A DNA stretch of 64,000 bases from the human T2T-CHM13v2.0 reference genome, Homo sapiens. Made by a program: the position numbers and the translations under genes. Below the pieces are notes generated by a model. That model saw nothing but the letters and a program-made list of their open reading frames with translations. It was not told the DNA's origin and ran no database searches. Numbering within the stretch: position 1 is the first letter of the stretch; each line of letters begins with the position of its first letter. The stretch lies in assembly GCF_009914755.1 (NCBI RefSeq), contig NC_060946.1. The stretch is one strand, 5' to 3'. This document shows, in pieces, positions 45,923-61,200 of this stretch.

Positions 45923-46872
45923 CTGCAGGAGAGTGGTGCCAGCGTCAGAACAGCCCAAATCTCTGCCGTCGGAAAATCAGCCATGACCTATGGCCAGGCA
46001 GCAGCAGCCTGCACCTCTGCAGGGCCTGCATACCTGCGTGGGCTCATCAGGGCAGGGGACTAGGCCACCCGTGCTGCAGGGCAGTGACAGAAAGGATCAG
46101 CAATTGGGGGCCACACTGGCACTGAAATTGAACCTGCTCTCACCTCTGTAACAGCCATGGTAGAGAGAACCCCTTGTTCTCAGCCAAAAGCAGGGCTGCT
46201 GCAACATGGGCCCCCAGACCCTGACTGATTCACCAGAGTGGGGGCACAAGGCTGCCACCTGAATACCCCAGGCCTCCCTACACCCCAAGCCACACCCTCA
46301 CAGCCCCTGGAAGCCAGCTGGCCTCATGCTACCCATCAGAATGAGACCCCAGGGTGACATGATGACACTCAGGCTCCTGGTCAGCAGAGGGACGACAGCC
46401 AGAAGGAAAAAGCCATGCCCCTGCCACTGCATCCCATGTGAGTAACACACCGGCCAGCTTTCCAACAAAGTGGCATTTGATGAAGGACAAGCTGGAGGTC
46501 AAGAGATAAGCCCCCTGACCCACTGGCTCTAATCCAGGTCTGCAAGGGAGACAGGCCTCCCATTAAGAAAGTGTCATTGCAAGGGTGCAGCCCCAAAGGG
46601 GGAGGCCACCACAGGTCCCCCAGCTGCTGAGCTGCTCCCCCACAGCTAGAGCAGGTATTGGACTCTGGGCTAGGTGTGGAGGAAGGTTCTGGAAGAGTCA
46701 GACCTCAAGCCTTGCCCAGGCCTCCAGAGATTACACCAGAAGCATTCAGAGCCTGGCCAGGGTGGGGCCTAAAGCTCCACACCTGAGCCAGTTGTCAGAC
46801 CTAGGCACACCACCCACCAACCAGCACTGGGCACAGGCCTCCCCGGCACTGGCCCAAAAGGCATGCACTCAC

Positions 46873-46985
46873 ACCATCGACTGGGTGTTGGGGGGCTTCT
46901 GTCCCACATAGCTGTACGGAGCTGTCAAGGTACAGAGTTCACACTCAAACACTCCCAGAGGACGGCACTCTGCATGGGACGCCAT
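46873..46985 (-). CDS. CDPF1: CDPF1 first coding exon
   Basis: tcttgcag|ATG GCG TCC CAT...TCG ATG GT|gtgagt; MASHAECRPLGVFECELCTLTAPYSYVGQKPPNTQSMV, 113 bp. Confidence 0.95.
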
Positions 46986-47440
46986 CTGCAAGATCAAGAG
47001 ATGGGGTGTCCCTGGGTCACAGGCTTTCTCAGGAATCCTGCCCCTTTCCCAGCTATGAAGACCCTAACCATATAGTCCTAGCACAGTTTCTTGCCTCCCT
47101 ACCGTACCCTTTTCTCTATCCCCAGCTGAAACAGGTTTTCACCGGTGCCCAGAGTGACAGGATTTGCTGTCCATATTCCAATGGTTTAAGGTTTTTGTAC
47201 TGCTAGAGAGAAGGATCCAGACAGGATCAAGCCAGAGCAGCCATCTCTTCTTCCAGGTCTGCACCACGGTAAAAGCGTTCCGGTCTCCTGCTCTGCCCCA
47301 TTCTTTACCACAAGCCCCCAGTGAACGCTGGTGGAGAAGGGCCCAGAGTGGGTGCAAAATCTCCTGTTTCTGCTGCTCGTAGAAGCTCTATGCCCTCACA
47401 TTAGTCCACACGTGGTGTGGACATTAGAACTGTTTTCTTG

Positions 47441-48565
47441 GCCGGGCGCAGTGGCTCATGCCTGTAATCCCAGCACTTTGGGAGGCCAAGGCAGGCGGAT
47501 CACGAGGTCAGGAGATCGAGACCATCTAGCTAACATGGTGAAACCCCGCCTCTACTAAAAATACAAAAAATTAGCCAGGCGTGGTGGCGGGCGCCTATAG
47601 TCTCAGCTACATGGGAGTCTGAGGCAGGAGAATGGCGTGAACCCAGGAGACGGAGCTTGCAGTGAGCCGAGATCGCGTCACTGCACTCCAGCCTGGGAGA
47701 CAGCGAGACTCCATCTCAAAAAACAAACAAACAAAAAAACTGTTTTCTTATCTGCTTGTATGGAACCCCCTTCTCATGTTCATGGTTGGGTCTTGGAGGC
47801 CTCTCTTTCCTTAGATTTCTGGCTAAATGGCTGCCATCTGATGGGTTCATCAAAAGTTACAATTTTGCTGATTACCCAGCTCCTTCTTTGACTATGGAAT
47901 CAAGTACGACATTATCAGCTGGCCCCTAGCTCTTGGCTGTGACCTCCCCTCGCCTGAACTGAGCGTGGTGTATAAAGGCGTATCAAATGCGATGGCTTTC
48001 CCCACTGGGTGTCCCCAGATGCAACTCCAGGAAGCATGGGTTACCAGTGACTTTAAAAGTTAAGTCTGGCCCGGTGTGGTTGCTCATACCTGTAATCCCA
48101 GCACTCTGGTAGCCAGAGGCGGGCGGATTACCTGAGGTCAGGAGTTCAAGACCAACCTAGCCAACATGGCGAAACCCCATCTCTACTAAAAGTACAAAAA
48201 TTAGCCGAGCATAGTGGCGGGTGCCTGTAATCCCAGCTACTTAGGAAGCTGAGGCAGGGGAATCACTTGAACCTAGGAGGCGGAGATTGCAGTGAGCCGA
48301 GATTGTGCCACTGTACTCCAGCCTGGGCGACAGGGCGAGACTCCTTCTCAAAAAAATAAAAATTAAAATTAAATAAAATAAAATATTAGCCGGGCGTGGG
48401 GGCGGGCGCCTCTAATCTCATCTACTCAGGAGACTGAGGTAGGAGAATCGCTTGAGCGGGGGGTTGGGGAGCGGGGGCTGGGGGGGCGGAGGTTGCGGTG
48501 AGCCGAGATCGCGCCACTGCATTCCAGCCTGGGCGACAGAGCGAGACTCTGTCTCAAAACAAAAG
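47441..48565 (+). mobile_element. Alus in CDPF1 intron 1: AluY-like 47441-47740; AluS 48068-48385 plus extra right arm 48386-48565
   Basis: Alu consensus matches. Confidence 0.9.
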
Positions 48566-48569
48566 TTAC

Positions 48570-49900
48570 GATCGATCGCGGGTGTGCGTGAACCTGATCC
48601 CGCTTCTCTTCTGCACGCCGGGGCGTCCTAGGCCCCTGCCGAGGCTCCTGGGGGCGGCGCCTGTGAACAGGGACGGCTGAGAGGGTCCGGGGATGCTGGT
48701 GGTCCCCGCGAGCCTCCGCCTGCCCTCTCTCGCCCCAGCGCTGCCCGAGGTCAGGGGGGACAGTCCCGTGAGGCCCACACCCCGCTTCTCGGTCCCGTCC
48801 CCAAAGCTGAGAGCGGCTGCGCGGACTCCTGGCGCTTGGAACCCAGCAGGCCACGCCGGCGCGGAAATCAGTCCCGGCGAGCGGGAGGCACCCTGAGGCA
48901 GCGCAGGGAAGGGCCACAGCACGCTCGCCCCAGTCACTCTGCCACCTCGAACTCACCGCCGCCCTCGTCCCACGGCTCCGCGTCCAAGGCGCCTGAGCGG
49001 CCCCGCCCCACCGCGGCCCGGCCAACCCCGGTGCAGCCGCAGACGCAGGCGCGGAGCGGGAGGCGGGACCTCGCGGTGGTTTTCCGCCTCTGCCTTGCTT
49101 TTCCGGTCGCCGCGGTCCTCTGCGCGGGATGTGGCTCTGAGCTTCGGGGTAGTCCGCGAGGCTGGGTTCCGTGCTGAGGGGCGTCGCGTCTGGCCGTGCG
49201 CTGCGGGAGCGCGCGGGCCTGGCCCGCTGTCCTGGCCGCTGCGAGGCGCTCAGCTTCTTTCTGAGTGTTCCGCCGGGTTCGACAGGGTCGAGGTCGCCGG
49301 CGCGAGGCTCCCGGATAGCTGAGGGGCGCGAGGGCGCCTCCAGTCTCCCACCTGCCCTCCCGCGCCGCGGACTAGGCTGCCAGTCTACCCCACCGGGACG
49401 TCTGCCCCCGCATGCAGGAGGGGGTGTGTCGGCCCAACGGGGTCTCAGGACCTGTCCCTGCTCCTCCAAAGCCCACGTCGCCTGCGGCGCCCCTCGGGTC
49501 TGCGCCGCGTTCTCCTTTAGCCTCCCGGGCCTCTCCGCTGCCCCTCGCCCCCAGGCACCAGCCACACCTGCTTCCTTCTGTTCCCGCCCGTGGCCTCTGA
49601 CACGCCGTGCCCTGGACCCGAAATGCCCGCCCCACTCCTGGAGCCTCCGGTGTGTGAGAGGCACCTTTCCTTGGGGTCAGGGGCCCGGACTCTGAAGCCG
49701 GCCTGGCTTTGCCTGTGGGCCCCGATCCTCCCAGCTCGAGTCCCTCGCCCCAGCCGCCGCGGGCCTTCACCTGTGCTTTGGGGACGACAGGATGGCCACC
49801 CTCCTTCCCCCAAAGATTTGAGGGTTTTGCTCCACGCGGGAGAAGGTCTGCCTGTGCCACCAGCCGGCAGCCTTTCACATGCTGTTGCGTTACGGGGCCC
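48570..49900. promoter_or_regulatory. CDPF1: CpG island, CDPF1 promoter
   Basis: Very GC/CpG-rich non-repeat sequence with GC boxes (ccccgcccc ~49001-49009) and ETS-like cggaa motifs. Confidence 0.85.
48957..49015 (-). other. CDPF1: CDPF1 non-coding first exon (5' end approximate)
   Basis: Consensus donor GCG|gtgagt (actcac at 48951-48956 on +) inside a CpG island ~2 kb upstream of the ATG exon. Confidence 0.7.
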
Positions 49901-50085
49901 TCTGTGACCTTTCCCTAGGCCGAGGGGTGCTTCGTCTCTGTTCCTGAGAGACCAGAATTTATTCTTGGTTTGTCAAGCCACATCTGTAGGAATGTTGCCC
50001 AGTTGCAGCAGGCTGGGGTCTGGGACTTGCTCCTTTGGCGAATTGAGAAGTAAGGATATAGAAGGCATTTTAGCACTAATGGAAA

Positions 50086-51492
50086 CCAGAACCACTCTTA
50101 GACCTGGGCAAGAGGGGCCCCAGAAATTAGCAAGCGATTAGCAAGCAGCTGGATTTCGATGACCTCCACTGTACTTAGAGCAACGGCATTCGATTCGTTG
50201 GATCATTTCAAAGATGACATACTGGGTTGTTTGTTTGTTTCTGGCGGTGTCTAAAGATGGAACATCTTGAAGCATTTTGAATTTGACCTGTGGCTACCCT
50301 CAGATACAATGATGGTAACCCCATGAGTGCTGTTAAAGCAATTTGACTTATTGTAGACAGGTTAACACATGAGATGCGTTAAAAGAGTTAAGTGAAATAA
50401 TAGGCAGCATTCAAAGAGCAAATCGTGGTCTTTGGCAGAAAATAGAGTTAATTTTGTATTTGAGCTGTCCAGTTATTACAATTAGAAAACGTTTTAAAGA
50501 ATCCAAAAGGATTTAAAATATTGCATAAAGTTTTAGGAGAAAATGGTTTCCAAAAAGCAACTGCATATGAAATAAGCACTAAAATGACATTAAAGTACAA
50601 TGTAAGAAAATCGGAACTAGAAGCATTTGCTGGAGTCTGAAGAAAAAGATTTATGGATGAATGATTCTGAAACTAACTTCTATAGAGACAATTTTCCGGC
50701 GATGGTAGATCAAGGTGTAGATTGTACTGAAGAGAGAGATTCAAACAAAGTGAGTAATCTACCGCAGTTTTCAGTTTTCTTGGTAATACCCCAACAACGT
50801 AAAAGAAAAACGTAAGAAATCCTGTATGGATCTAAATGTAAGAAACGATGATAATGGTGAAATAATAACATTATTTTATATAATGAAAATATTGTGTAAT
50901 ATTTTCTGCAATCATAATTTTTCATATGCACCCTTTCTACACTGTTTAAACATGATATCAACAGTCATGATTCAGTTCTACATATAACGCTTTAAGAATT
51001 TATTCATAATTCGTTACCACTCAGCAGAGTCAAGTTTCTCCCAATTGAAATAACTAAAAACTATCTGAAAGTATACTGACTCAGGAAAGTTTGTCTAATT
51101 TGGCACTACTGTCAAAAGAATGCAATTGCGTGAAAATCTTCATTAGTCATTCTTCTGAAATGAAGACAAGAGAAACATTTATAGAAGAAATAACATAATT
51201 TATGGATTATGTGATTATGTATGTCTTTATTACCCATCCAAGCATTAGTGGCCCATCAACATAATACCTAGAGATACACAATAAAAATTAGCTATCTTTA
51301 ATATTTTGCCAATTTTCAGCTATATTAAAACCATAGTTTTACACATAATTTTGAATTCTGTTTTATGAAGGTGTATTTGTCCAGGTAAGTGGATATAAAT
51401 ATTTTATGTAACAGTTCGTAAGCTTTTAAATATTTAGACATACAGAGATTTGTAGTCCTGCCCTAGGCCCCACAGATGCTAGGGGTGGGCTT
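50086..51492 (+). mobile_element. Fossil hAT-Tip100 (Zaphod-like) DNA transposon, internally deleted, with transposase remnants
   Basis: Frameshifted translation at ~50990-51120 gives ALRI..VT..SAESSFSQLK..KNYLK..TQESLSNLALLSKE (hAT dimerisation motif); 3' end gccctaggccccacagatgctaggggtgggcttg; similar GC-rich 5' end near 50086. Confidence 0.72.
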
Positions 51493-52126
51493 GCTGGGAA
51501 AAATGCATATATGTTGTGGCAATACTTATAAAATGTTGTATGGATGTAATCTTAAAAGATTATCACAATATCAGATATTGTACATTGTGTATTTAGGTGA
51601 AGACTGTGAAAGAAAATCTGAAAATCAGAAGGAATTGAATGCAGATGAAAATCTAGAGCTAAAATATTGCTAATAGCAGCAAAAGGGGGTACTGTGGAAG
51701 AATAACTTCTTATGTACCCCACTTCACTGAATATCCTATTCGCCCCGTTCTCCATTTCTGCCAGTAACATGGAAGTCTAAAGGCTTGCATTTTGTTTCTA
51801 GTGCTAACTAATGAAATTCCAGAAGCAGGCCTTAAAAATGCAAAGTCTTCATAATTAACAATAAGTGTTGAGATAGTTGAAGGGCATATATCCCCTTCTC
51901 TGTACCTACAGCAATTGAACTTTCTCTGCATATAAAACTTGTTTTTATTAAATATTAAATACTACTCTTGAGTATTTAATAAGGGGCTAAATTGAGAACA
52001 AAACCAGGAATATCCATCTTCTTGTTCTGTGCAACAGAGACAGTGGGAGGGTATTCGTGACTATAGCCAATTATTCTGGAATAGTCCTACCCTATCCCTG
52101 GAAGTATAATGAGAACAAGAGTCTTA

Positions 52127-54146
<2,020 letters not shown>

Positions 54147-54381
54147 TAGGCATCCCGTTGAAGGAAACGATGGAAGGAATCGACGTGTGTCTGCAGGGGC
54201 CTAGTGTGCTATGGCCATTTCAGTGCAGCTGAGGATGATGGACACCGAGGTGTGTATAAAGCAGCCACCCATCTCATTTGGTTGTCCCCCTTTTCTGGGA
54301 CTCCACTTTGAGGGCAGCAGCTATGTGTGTATATGCCCCTCACACAGAAATCACTGCAAGGCTCAAAGAAGAAATCTCACA

Positions 54382-54387
54382 TTTAAT
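54382..54387 (-). terminator. PKDREJ: Probable PKDREJ poly(A) signal ATTAAA
   Basis: tttaat on + strand ~0.9 kb past the stop, at the end of an AT-rich UTR. Confidence 0.55.
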
Positions 54388-55260
54388 TCTGATAAAGCTT
54401 AAAGTGGCATCTACATAAATGAACATGCTTCTGAGTGAAAATAGTACAGCTACCAGCCCTTGTTTCTCTTAAGTGATAAACCACATTTTCCTTATTCCTG
54501 AATAGTCCAGCACGCTATTAATAACCAAATGCCCAAATCTTAGATGCATATGTTGCTATATTCAGCATATAGACATATTTCAATGTGAACCCATATGTAC
54601 CTTTTTGTTGTTTAACAAAACATGTCTCTTGGTCAGAAAATGTTACTGAATTTTACTTTAACTACCAGTAGCTTTAAGAATAAATGAGAAGCACCACATC
54701 TGCATTCTCAAGCATGAAGCAAGTCCTGGAACTCCCCACGAGGCCCTAAGCCCAGGGGGAACAAGAGGAGGGGAGCCCTGGTCTACAAAGGGGCCTCCCA
54801 GTGAGGCCGAGGAGTTTGGGGCTCTGTCAGGAGCAACAGGCCATTAGCTTCCAGCATGGGTCAAGCGCAGAAACACCCAGACAATGCTCCACCCTGGCCA
54901 GGTCCCTCTCTCAAATCTGGTTCTCAAAACCAGTGGCTCTGCCTTCTCTAAACTGCAGGCACCAAAGAAACAGGGTTGCCCTTGTACGGGGAGTCACATA
55001 ACTCCCCTCTAAAGGGAAATCAGTCCAGGAATCCCACACTGTGATCCTGCTGTCTCCCCAGATGCTACACTACACTCCCAACTTTTACACTCCCAAGAGC
55101 AGAGGACAAGATTGGGGATTCTTCCAAATGTAGGGGATGTGCCTTGTGAAGGACATGAGTAGAAAGCATGACTAGGCCACTGACACTCCCTAATCCCCTT
55201 AATCCCACAGACTCAGCAGTTGGGGGAACGCTTGCTTGTGACTCATGAAACCATCATTCA

Positions 55261-58200
55261 TCAAACAACAAGGTAAACCATTTTCTTCCCGTTGATGTTT
55301 CTGGTCTTCAGCCCCAGATAACGGTGGCTGTTCTTCTCTGGCTGCCCATACAGCATGTCAATAAAGAACTCAGGCTCATCTTTGGCCTTAGATTGCGAGG
55401 TCAGAAAGCTGAACATGGTTCTCAGCTTACGGCACAAATAGGTCATTGCTTCCACTTCATCCGATGGCTCCTCATACACGGGCTGCTTCATTTCCTCATA
55501 TGCAGACAGAATTACAGCCTGAAATAAGTTGATCAAGACGCAGATCATCACCAGCATGAAAGATGAGAGGAACAGGACCCCCAGAATCCTGTTATTGGAA
55601 AATTCAGTGTTCTGGAAAGCTGAGACACAATAGGAAAATACTGTCTGAGTGGAATGAATCAAGTTACTGTAGTTCCATTCATGCTGACCAAACACCAGGT
55701 AACCAAAAGCCATGTATACGAAGAAATACACGGACACAACAAATGCCATGTGGCAGATGCCAGGGAGGGCAGCCTGGATGGCCCTCTGAGCCAGGCGCAC
55801 ATCGTAGAAGAATCTGGAATACCTGAGGGTCTTCAAAATTGTCAGAAATAACAGGAAACCCAAAATTATCCTCATAATGTGATCTACCTGAGAAACTGCA
55901 TGAAAGGGAATGAAGTCTTCTGGGTTCGACAAGTAAAACCGAATTATGCCAGTGGCCAGGAAATGTTTCCTGAGAAAGAGCACAATCAACACAGTAAATA
56001 TGCACTTTAAAGCAAAGTTGAGCAAATTATACACACTTCTCACATAGGAGGCTCTTTCTTGCATAATGATACAACCCTCATCAACAACGTAGGCTAAGAA
56101 AAAAATGAGAATGGCCACATACAAGTAGATTTCTGCTGAAGCTTTTCTGTCAAAATCAGCAAGTGAAAAAGAGTGCAGAGATATGCTTGTGTTGACAACT
56201 CCTAACTGAGAGACTTCAAATATGACCGAAATGCTACAGAACAGATTTATATCTGGATTAAAAGTTGTTAATTCCAAAACCACAGCCCATGTCTTCTCAT
56301 CCAGCCAATTGCTTTCTTGAAGTTCTTTGAGCCTCAGTGTGGAATTAAACCGCTGCTGTTCTGGAAAAAAATAGAGTGCATATCCTCCAGATCCATAGGT
56401 GTGTAGTAGTCCATAGGAATAATATAGCCATTGCGTTCCTTGAGGCTTATAAGTAAATCCATTGGTACTCTCATCTATAGCCTGCTTATCAACTTCATTC
56501 CAAAAGCCAGAATAGTTTTTTGTGTCTTCTGGGTCAATGCCATATTTGGGGTGACAATGAATTTCTCTTCTGATGCTGTTTTGCACAAACTTTTCGGCAG
56601 GTAGACACATTTTTTCACTAGATTTTGCTCTCACTTGCCTCATCAATGGAAGGCCAAGGATTTTAGACGAGCTTTCAGGAAGAAATGTTGGATTCAGGTC
56701 ATTGTGTAACAAAGGCAACAGCACGCTGTTTAGCCATCTATAGATGTCTTCCAGCTTAGTCACAGTAGCAAGATCCATAGAGAACCGATCACGAATAAAC
56801 TGGTTATAGTAAAAGCAGTCAGTGTGACGTAGTAAGACGATAAGGATCAACAGAAGGGCTAGAAAGATAAAGTGAGTTAGAATGTAACTCAGAAACAGGA
56901 GTGCTCTTCTCTTGATCCTCTTCTTTCTTTTGAATATTCTGATTTCATCTTCTGTAAGGGGTTGGTACATCCTCGTGCCTCGGATTCGGACGATCTGGTC
57001 ATGTATCCTCTGCATTTCTTCTGGATGCATACGCATTCCATCCAACCTGATCTCAGTATATTTATACTTGGTTGACCATGAAAGGTTTTTGCAATACTTG
57101 GGTTTATTCGTTCTGAAGCCTGACAGGAGTATAATTTTAGATGGCTGCACCAGAAGAACTGACTGACAGAATGAACAAAAAGATGCAAAGAGCCATTCTA
57201 TTGACTTGTCATAGCCGTAAGTCAGTCCATAAAATACAATGAAGAATGAGGATATGCTAGAAGTAGCAAAAACCAAAAACCATGCAACATAAACACACCA
57301 CCAAGGTAGGACGATCCGGGGCTTTTTCTTAAGCTGCTGGAGATCCTTTTGGGAAGGGTGCTGTTCGGAATGGACATCCTGATCATCTTCTATGTTGTTA
57401 TTGGAATTTGTATTTGGCCCGAGGGTCTCCGGGGTCTTGATTTGTGCTTTCCTATGCCTGTGCTTGGGTTTGGAGGTTGCCTTAGGAGAAGCCTTTGGAA
57501 GCCTGGGCTTTCCTTTAGATGCAGGTTTTGCAACCTCCCTGGGGTGCACCTTAGCAGTTTCGTAAGCATGCCACTTTCTCAAGTATTCTTCCCAGTGCTC
57601 ACTTGCTTCTGACATTAGAGGATGCTTTTGAGGAGATACCTCCTTTAGATCCGCTTGAGGTTTCCTCTGGGAACAGGTGAACAAAAAAGTTATTAATAAT
57701 TGCACAGGGATTGTAATTAAGACACTTTCAATTCCTATCATCATTGATCTCATGTATTTCCTCTCTCTTGACTCAGTTTGTTCTTGTCTATTTAGATTAA
57801 AGAACATAATGTTACAAAGAAGAGAGCTAAGCAACATTGCTAAACAACAGGACAATCTCTGGAGCCTATTGAATGTTTTAGCAACAACACTAGCAAAAAT
57901 AGAGAACCACATGTGGTTTTTCCGGAGATTACTACTCACATCTATAAAGAAAAAGTCTTTTCTAGTCAGACGCTCATCTGGATGGGTAACGTGAAATGTT
58001 CTGTCCAAAGTGGTATCAACAGAAAGCCATTTCTGGCATATGAACAGCCAAATGTGCCTGCTAAACAGATTTTCCACTTTGATTCTACTTAAATACCAGC
58101 TAGGCGATCGACCCTCGTTGTTGTGCCACACACGGATGGAATGGATGTCCCCCAAGTCACTTTTTGTCGTTAGGAGGAAAGTGTTGATGCTACCTCGGTA

Positions 58201-61200
58201 GAGAGTTGTGAAATGTGGATGGCTTAAACAATGCACGTCGCTGGTACTCACAGTTCCTCTAAGTTGCACAAAGACATTGGCCCTGGTCCCAGACCCCCAA
58301 CGACTTCCTGTAAAAATAGTCACCAAGTAGCATAAATTATCATAAGGATCATTATCTGGTAGAACTATCACATGCCCCCGAAGATGCTGGTCCATTTCAT
58401 CCCTGTATAAAGCCCAAAAAGCTAGGCCCACGTATAAGAGAATAATGAAAAGCACAGTGAAGAGGGTCACGGGGTTTTGGTGAAGGCTCTTGATGATGTT
58501 TAACCGTAGATCCACAGGATTAGGGATCACAATCACCTTGGCCATCACATAGTGGGTATGCAGGTGAATGCCCGTGAGTCCGATTGTGCCCAGCTGCCGC
58601 CTAGCCCTTACTACATTCTTGCAGATGCAGTGCACCTCATACCAGCTGGTCTTCTCACCAAGAATGCAATAACCCTCTCTCCATTCACTCTGGATCCCAT
58701 ACATGTCCAAGCACTGGACGCTGAAAATAGAAATTCTCACTAGCTTGTCATTGAGCTTCATGACAAAACGAGGTGCCTGCAGAACTATGGATACAGTACA
58801 GTGGGGAGAGTGGCTGTGCTGAGCTATGAGTTGCAGCAGGGACACAGGGAGGCAGACTACACGGGCCTTCTTCACTGTGCAGGCTGGGTCAAACAGGGCA
58901 CTCTGGCTGGCAAATGGAGGGATGTCATGAGGCACCAGGAAGGTGGCGACCAGCGCTGTGGGAGTGATCTGACTGCCTGTGTACACCAACACTGTGAACA
59001 GCACCATCACTTCTGTTACTATGTGGACCAGAACCTCCCTAAGCACTGTGCTGTCCACTTGAAAGCTAAACCCACCTGTCGTCTTCTTCAAGGACCCATC
59101 AACCTCGCTGTTGGGTCCCACTGTGAGATTAAAAGCTGCAAAGGTCAAGTTTTTCCTGACAAGGTACACTTCCGCTACATCAGGTGTGATCTCTAGCACA
59201 CTACCGTTATCTGCAACTCCTGTCATTCTGAATCCAGACACCTCCACCGAAGTGTTTTCCTGATCATTTAACCAAGGAAAGAGGTCATTTGTGAAATCAC
59301 AAAACATTGTAGAAATGGGACCATTTGCAGACAGACCAGGAACACTGCTCACATTGAGTGTTGGATAAAAACAATTTCTGCAGTGTTTCTCATTTCTGAA
59401 GAGCTGGTTGATACCCCACTTTTCAACTTTCTTGACATACATGTTGAAATTGGGGGTTCTCATTGAGGTGGTTTTGTTCCCTGGCACTTTATTAGCCAGT
59501 ATTGTGTCTGATAGAGATTCTATTACATAGAAAGGATCTTTAACTACTTGGTGAGGAGAAGTCATTTTAAGAATATTAGACAAACTCATTAGTATTCCAG
59601 TACTCACGATTTCTATTTGTTCAGATCGAAAGCGTTTATCTTTTTGCTGATACTCTTGTAGGGCTTGATTTGCTTGCCATACCCTCATGGTGGCACGTTT
59701 CTGAGCATCCCAAGTGAATTCAGAGGGTTTCTGGGTTAATTTGGTAATAGTCATGACTACCTGGCCAATTTCTACCAAAGTGCTTACAGGAAGAAGGAAA
59801 GACTGATCGATGAGGTGTTTTCGGAGATTGACTCTGTCATCTCGGAGAGGTAATTCAGTTTTCATGTTATTCAAAACGGAAGCTACTATATACAGTAAGT
59901 AACCTGCAGGTAAAAAATCCTTCTTTTGAATCAAAGTAGACAGCAATGAACTTGGTCCCACGGTGAAACTGAGTAACTGATTCAACACTGTCTTTGATGA
60001 ATTTTTGTCAGTGGGAGCCTGTGCGGTGGCATGCAAAGTCACCTGAGAAAAAGCTCCTAGAGAATCATAGACCTGGGCATATATCTTCAAGCCATATTGA
60101 CTAGCCAACATACCAACAGGGAGAAAGGAAGGGGGTACTGTGGACTGAGGCCCCAAGTACAGGATGGTCCCCAGGGTGTTCTCTTTTACTGAACTGATTT
60201 CACCAACACTGTGCAAATCAGAAACAATTATTTTATATGTAAGAGGGACGTGCTTATCCCTAAAATTACTACACTGGACAACAAATTTAGTAATAAGTGC
60301 AATTCCTTTAGCTGGATTAATTTTGCATTCTCCGATCTGAGGGCCATGGTTAATAATAAAAGAATGCCTGAAGACCGAGGTCACTCCACTCCAACATGCT
60401 AGATACAGAGAAATCGAAAACTCAGCTTCCAAAAAATGCCGAAAAGCAAAAGCTTTTATAGACAGATAAGCACCATTCCTTCCTGTTACAGTTTCCCCCA
60501 TCCAATCAAATAGCATCTCACCACCTGAAGAAGACAAAATTGACCATTTATAGAAATCACGGCTTGCACAATTTGTGCAATTTAGGAACAAAGAAAATCT
60601 ATCAGAGACAATGAAGTTTCTCTCACAATTTTCGATACATGTGATGTGTGCTATGGCTTTTGGTCCTTGGAGCACGTGGACCCTCTTATCAGAAAACGCT
60701 GTCCTAGAGTCCTTCCGAATCACCATTCTGAAGAAATACACGTGGTCGCCTTTAAGTGTTTCTGGCAAAAGTGTCAGTACAGGGCCCGAGGCCCAGGGCC
60801 ATTTCAGATTGGCCTGCTCGGGGTGACAGACTTCCTTGCTCCCCAGGATTATTCGATCCCCACCGTAGTTTCTGGGATCTGTGGTACAGTACCAAAAGAA
60901 CTGGAGTCCCTGTAACGGGCTGTCCGCATCTGGGTCCGAGGACGTGGACCCGTCCAGAATCAGCTGCTCTGTGAAATTAGCTGTTATGTTGGCATCGCCA
61001 AGCATCACCGCCTGCAGGGAACTCCTGACGATCCAGACATAGACGGCGTCCGAGTCTTTCACCTCGGGCATCTTGGGGTTCCCTGTGGTGATGGACACCG
61101 TGAAATTAAACACATACACTCCCCACTGTAACGAATTATTGGGGATGTGAATGAACAAGGGGCTGTTCCTGATCTCGAGCTGGGGCAGATCCAAGGGCTG

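Noticed and set aside
48426-49918. 412-aa and other long ORFs in the CDPF1 CpG island
   Set aside because: GC-rich stop-poor sequence with Arg/Pro/Gly/Ala bias; the 412-aa ORF ends in Alu.
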